The translations under genes were made by a program, and so were the position numbers. From Vitrella brassicaformis CCMP3155 (taxonomy: Eukaryota; Protista; Chromerida), in assembly GCA_001179505.1 (NCBI GenBank), contig CDMY01000944.1, positions 1-9,177 of the forward strand: a stretch of 9,177 bases of DNA, in the 5' to 3' direction. How positions within the stretch are numbered: the first letter of the stretch is position 1; each line of letters begins with the position of its first letter. Positions 7,191-9,177 of the stretch are shown one piece after another. Below the pieces are notes generated by a model that saw nothing but the letters and a program-made list of their open reading frames with translations, ran no database searches and was not told the origin of the DNA.

Positions 7191-9078
7191 ATGGCGTCAG
7201 TTTTGGCGCTCATCGTTGCCGTCTTGTGAGGCTAACAACGAAGCGTCCTGGAACAACAAAAAGGATCAGAACCTGCGTTGTGCGCATCAGTGTTGGCGGC
7301 CGGGACATGTGTCACTTTCAGTCCTCGTTCTCGCAAGATTTCACGTGAGGAACGGCCGGCCTTTCTCGTTTTCTACCTGATTCCTGCACACTTCTGTGCC
7401 AGATGCAGCCTTGATAGCCGTTACGAGGTGTTCAATCTGACCGTGGAAACCAGACCGCCTGCAGTCATATCGCAATTAGCGCGAGATGGATACGATGTGA
7501 GGAAAGGCTTTCTGGAGCCAAAGACGAAAAGCCTTTGACGTCATTTTCTTTCCTCCAGGTTCTTGACCGTGATGACCTTGCCGGACAGCTACACAAAGGA
7601 GAACAGACTATTTTCAAGATAGTCTTATCAGATGATACGGGAAATGATATTCGATACACGCTGATCGTGCGACGCAAAAGTAACCTGACAAAAGCGATGG
7701 GCAAATGATGATGAATGATCATTCAATGATCGGGATGCAGTGGGCGATTCGCTAGAGCTTCGGTCAGTGACAATCGAGAGCGGGCGGCTCACACGACCAT
7801 ACCACAAAGGGGAATTGCAGGAGGCGATCCAGGCGATTCAGGTCCACTCATAAATGCAGGAGCTTCCGTTGATAATGGCCTGCGGCCTTCCTCCAGGATC
7901 CTTTAAGTGACATGGCGAAACTCACCGTCGTCAAGGATGATATCGATCAGAAAGTAGGAATGAGATATGGATGGAGGCACATATCTGCATTTTGTATCAC
8001 AACGTTCCAGGTCCGTTGTTCCATCATGACTAATCAAGACAAATGGCAGCCAGGATACAGTCCGGACACCAAACAGCTGGAAGCCCATCCAGGTCAGTCG
8101 CCAAAGGGTGGGTCGTTGTTTGTTGTTCAAAAGGCTTGCGTTCTGGTAGACAAATATGTGTCTCCACTGGAAATCACGACCGCTGTGACGAGCACCGACG
8201 CCGTTGATCACTTGCGTAGAAAGAAACCAAGGCTTCGTCCATGCATTCAATTGTTTTGTTCTCTTCACAGAGCACACGTGTCTGGCTCCCATCGACACGT
8301 ACAGAGCTCGTATCATACGATTCGAGGTACCAACTCAGATGCTCAATGTCAAATGCTGTGGGGGGAGTATTCTTCAGATAACGAGTGCTGACAAAAAGCA
8401 GTCGCGTCATCTCGATGTTCGGGTTGCGAGAAATGGATGCAAAGAAGGGCTGCTATTCTGGCGAGGGATCTGTCGACCCGACTGCCCCACCTATACCTAT
8501 AGTCAGCCTTGGAATCGGCGATGTGGAAGTAAGACAAAGAATTGATTCGTACACACCGCATCGCTCCCGGTCTATGCGTGTCGCGATCAATGTGTATCAC
8601 CGAGCAGCCTGCAACCAACACTGCGAGCTGTGCACTGACTTTTACCACTGTCAAGCCTGTCAACCTCCTGACACGCTCAATGGGTTATCCTTCATTCTCA
8701 GCCAGGACGGCGGATGTGTTGTCACAGGTGCCCCCCATCGATACCCACGAGTCGCAGGAATTCCACCATGTTTGTGTGTGTGTGTGTGTGTGTGTGTACC
8801 TTCTACGTGTACGTGCGTGTTTCCACAGGTGCTGCCCGTCGGTACGTCCGAATTGTAGTAGCTTTGGCAATCATTGTCTTATTTATCGGTACCCGCTCGT
8901 ATCGCGCTCACATATCTATACACATGTGTGTACACGTATCCACCAGGTTTCTTGTTGGTTTCTTGTCGGGTCAAAAATGCACACAGTAAGCACCCGACAA
9001 GCTGTAGGAGTTATAAGTTTGCTATGCCGTTTGCTTTTAGGCGTGCTTGCTATGCCGAGAAAGCCAATGGGCGGATAA
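7191..9078 (+). CDS. 14-exon type I membrane protein (~357 aa): signal peptide, two cadherin-like beta-sandwich-like repeats, furin-like Cys-rich repeat, TM helix, short tail
   Basis: Exons 7191-7225, 7291-7344, 7403-7496, 7559-7679, 7741-7841, 7897-7953, 8011-8092, 8150-8215, 8271-8326, 8378-8528, 8608-8727, 8829-8888, 8947-8985, 9041-9078. All 13 introns are GT-AG (51-101 nt), phases match and there is no internal stop. Key segments: MASVLALIVAVFVGG; TIFKIVLSDDTGNDIRYTLIVRR; LELRSVTIESGRLTRPY; CKEG..CRPDCPTYTY..RCGTCNQHCELC..CQAC; IVVALAIIVLFIGFLLVSC-RVK. The last exon is less certain. Confidence 0.85.
8773..8797. repeat. (TG)12 microsatellite inside intron 11 (8728-8828) of the membrane-protein gene
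   Basis: Directly visible. It accounts for this intron being the longest (101 nt). Confidence 0.95.
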
Positions 9079-9177
9079 TTTAGATGGAAGTAAGCACGCC
9101 GCTGTATCCACAGATTTTAAATGATGGCATGACATCGGTCCGTCAGACAGCAAGTACTTGAAGGAGACCGTGTTTAC

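Noticed and set aside
7559-7708. Separate 110-aa secreted protein ending ...TKAMGK*
   Set aside because: A donor at 7680 and an acceptor at 7740 (61 nt) continue in phase into the downstream exons, so a single gene is more parsimonious.

Overview
This is eukaryotic, intron-rich genomic DNA with short GT-AG introns (mostly 50-65 nt), CA/GT/GGAT microsatellites and one 300-N gap at 2367-2666. The style resembles a chromerid alveolate such as Vitrella; that is an inference and was not tested. (1) A ~985-bp non-autonomous Helitron-like element lies on the minus strand at 1129-2113. It has a 5' TC, a GAA-loop hairpin, a 3' CTAG and an A|T target. It is joined head-to-tail to a second, near-identical 5' terminus (1104-1128), whose interior holds a short NLS-bearing ORF and probably a 17 x 20-bp hairpin minisatellite. 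(2) A + strand gene from 3439 encodes a secreted protein with four Tyr-containing repeats that alternate basic and acidic blocks. (3) A minus-strand frame at 6026-6316 encodes a 9-Cys cluster resembling the MSL2-type CXC domain. (4) A 14-exon + strand gene at 7191-9078, only fragmentarily visible in the ORF track, encodes a ~357-aa type I membrane protein: signal peptide, two cadherin-like beta-sandwich-like repeats, a furin-like Cys-rich repeat, a TM helix and a short tail. Other gene models (2751-3036, 4843-5437, 6338-7042) are weak or strand-ambiguous. All family assignments come from motif recognition by eye; no searches were run.
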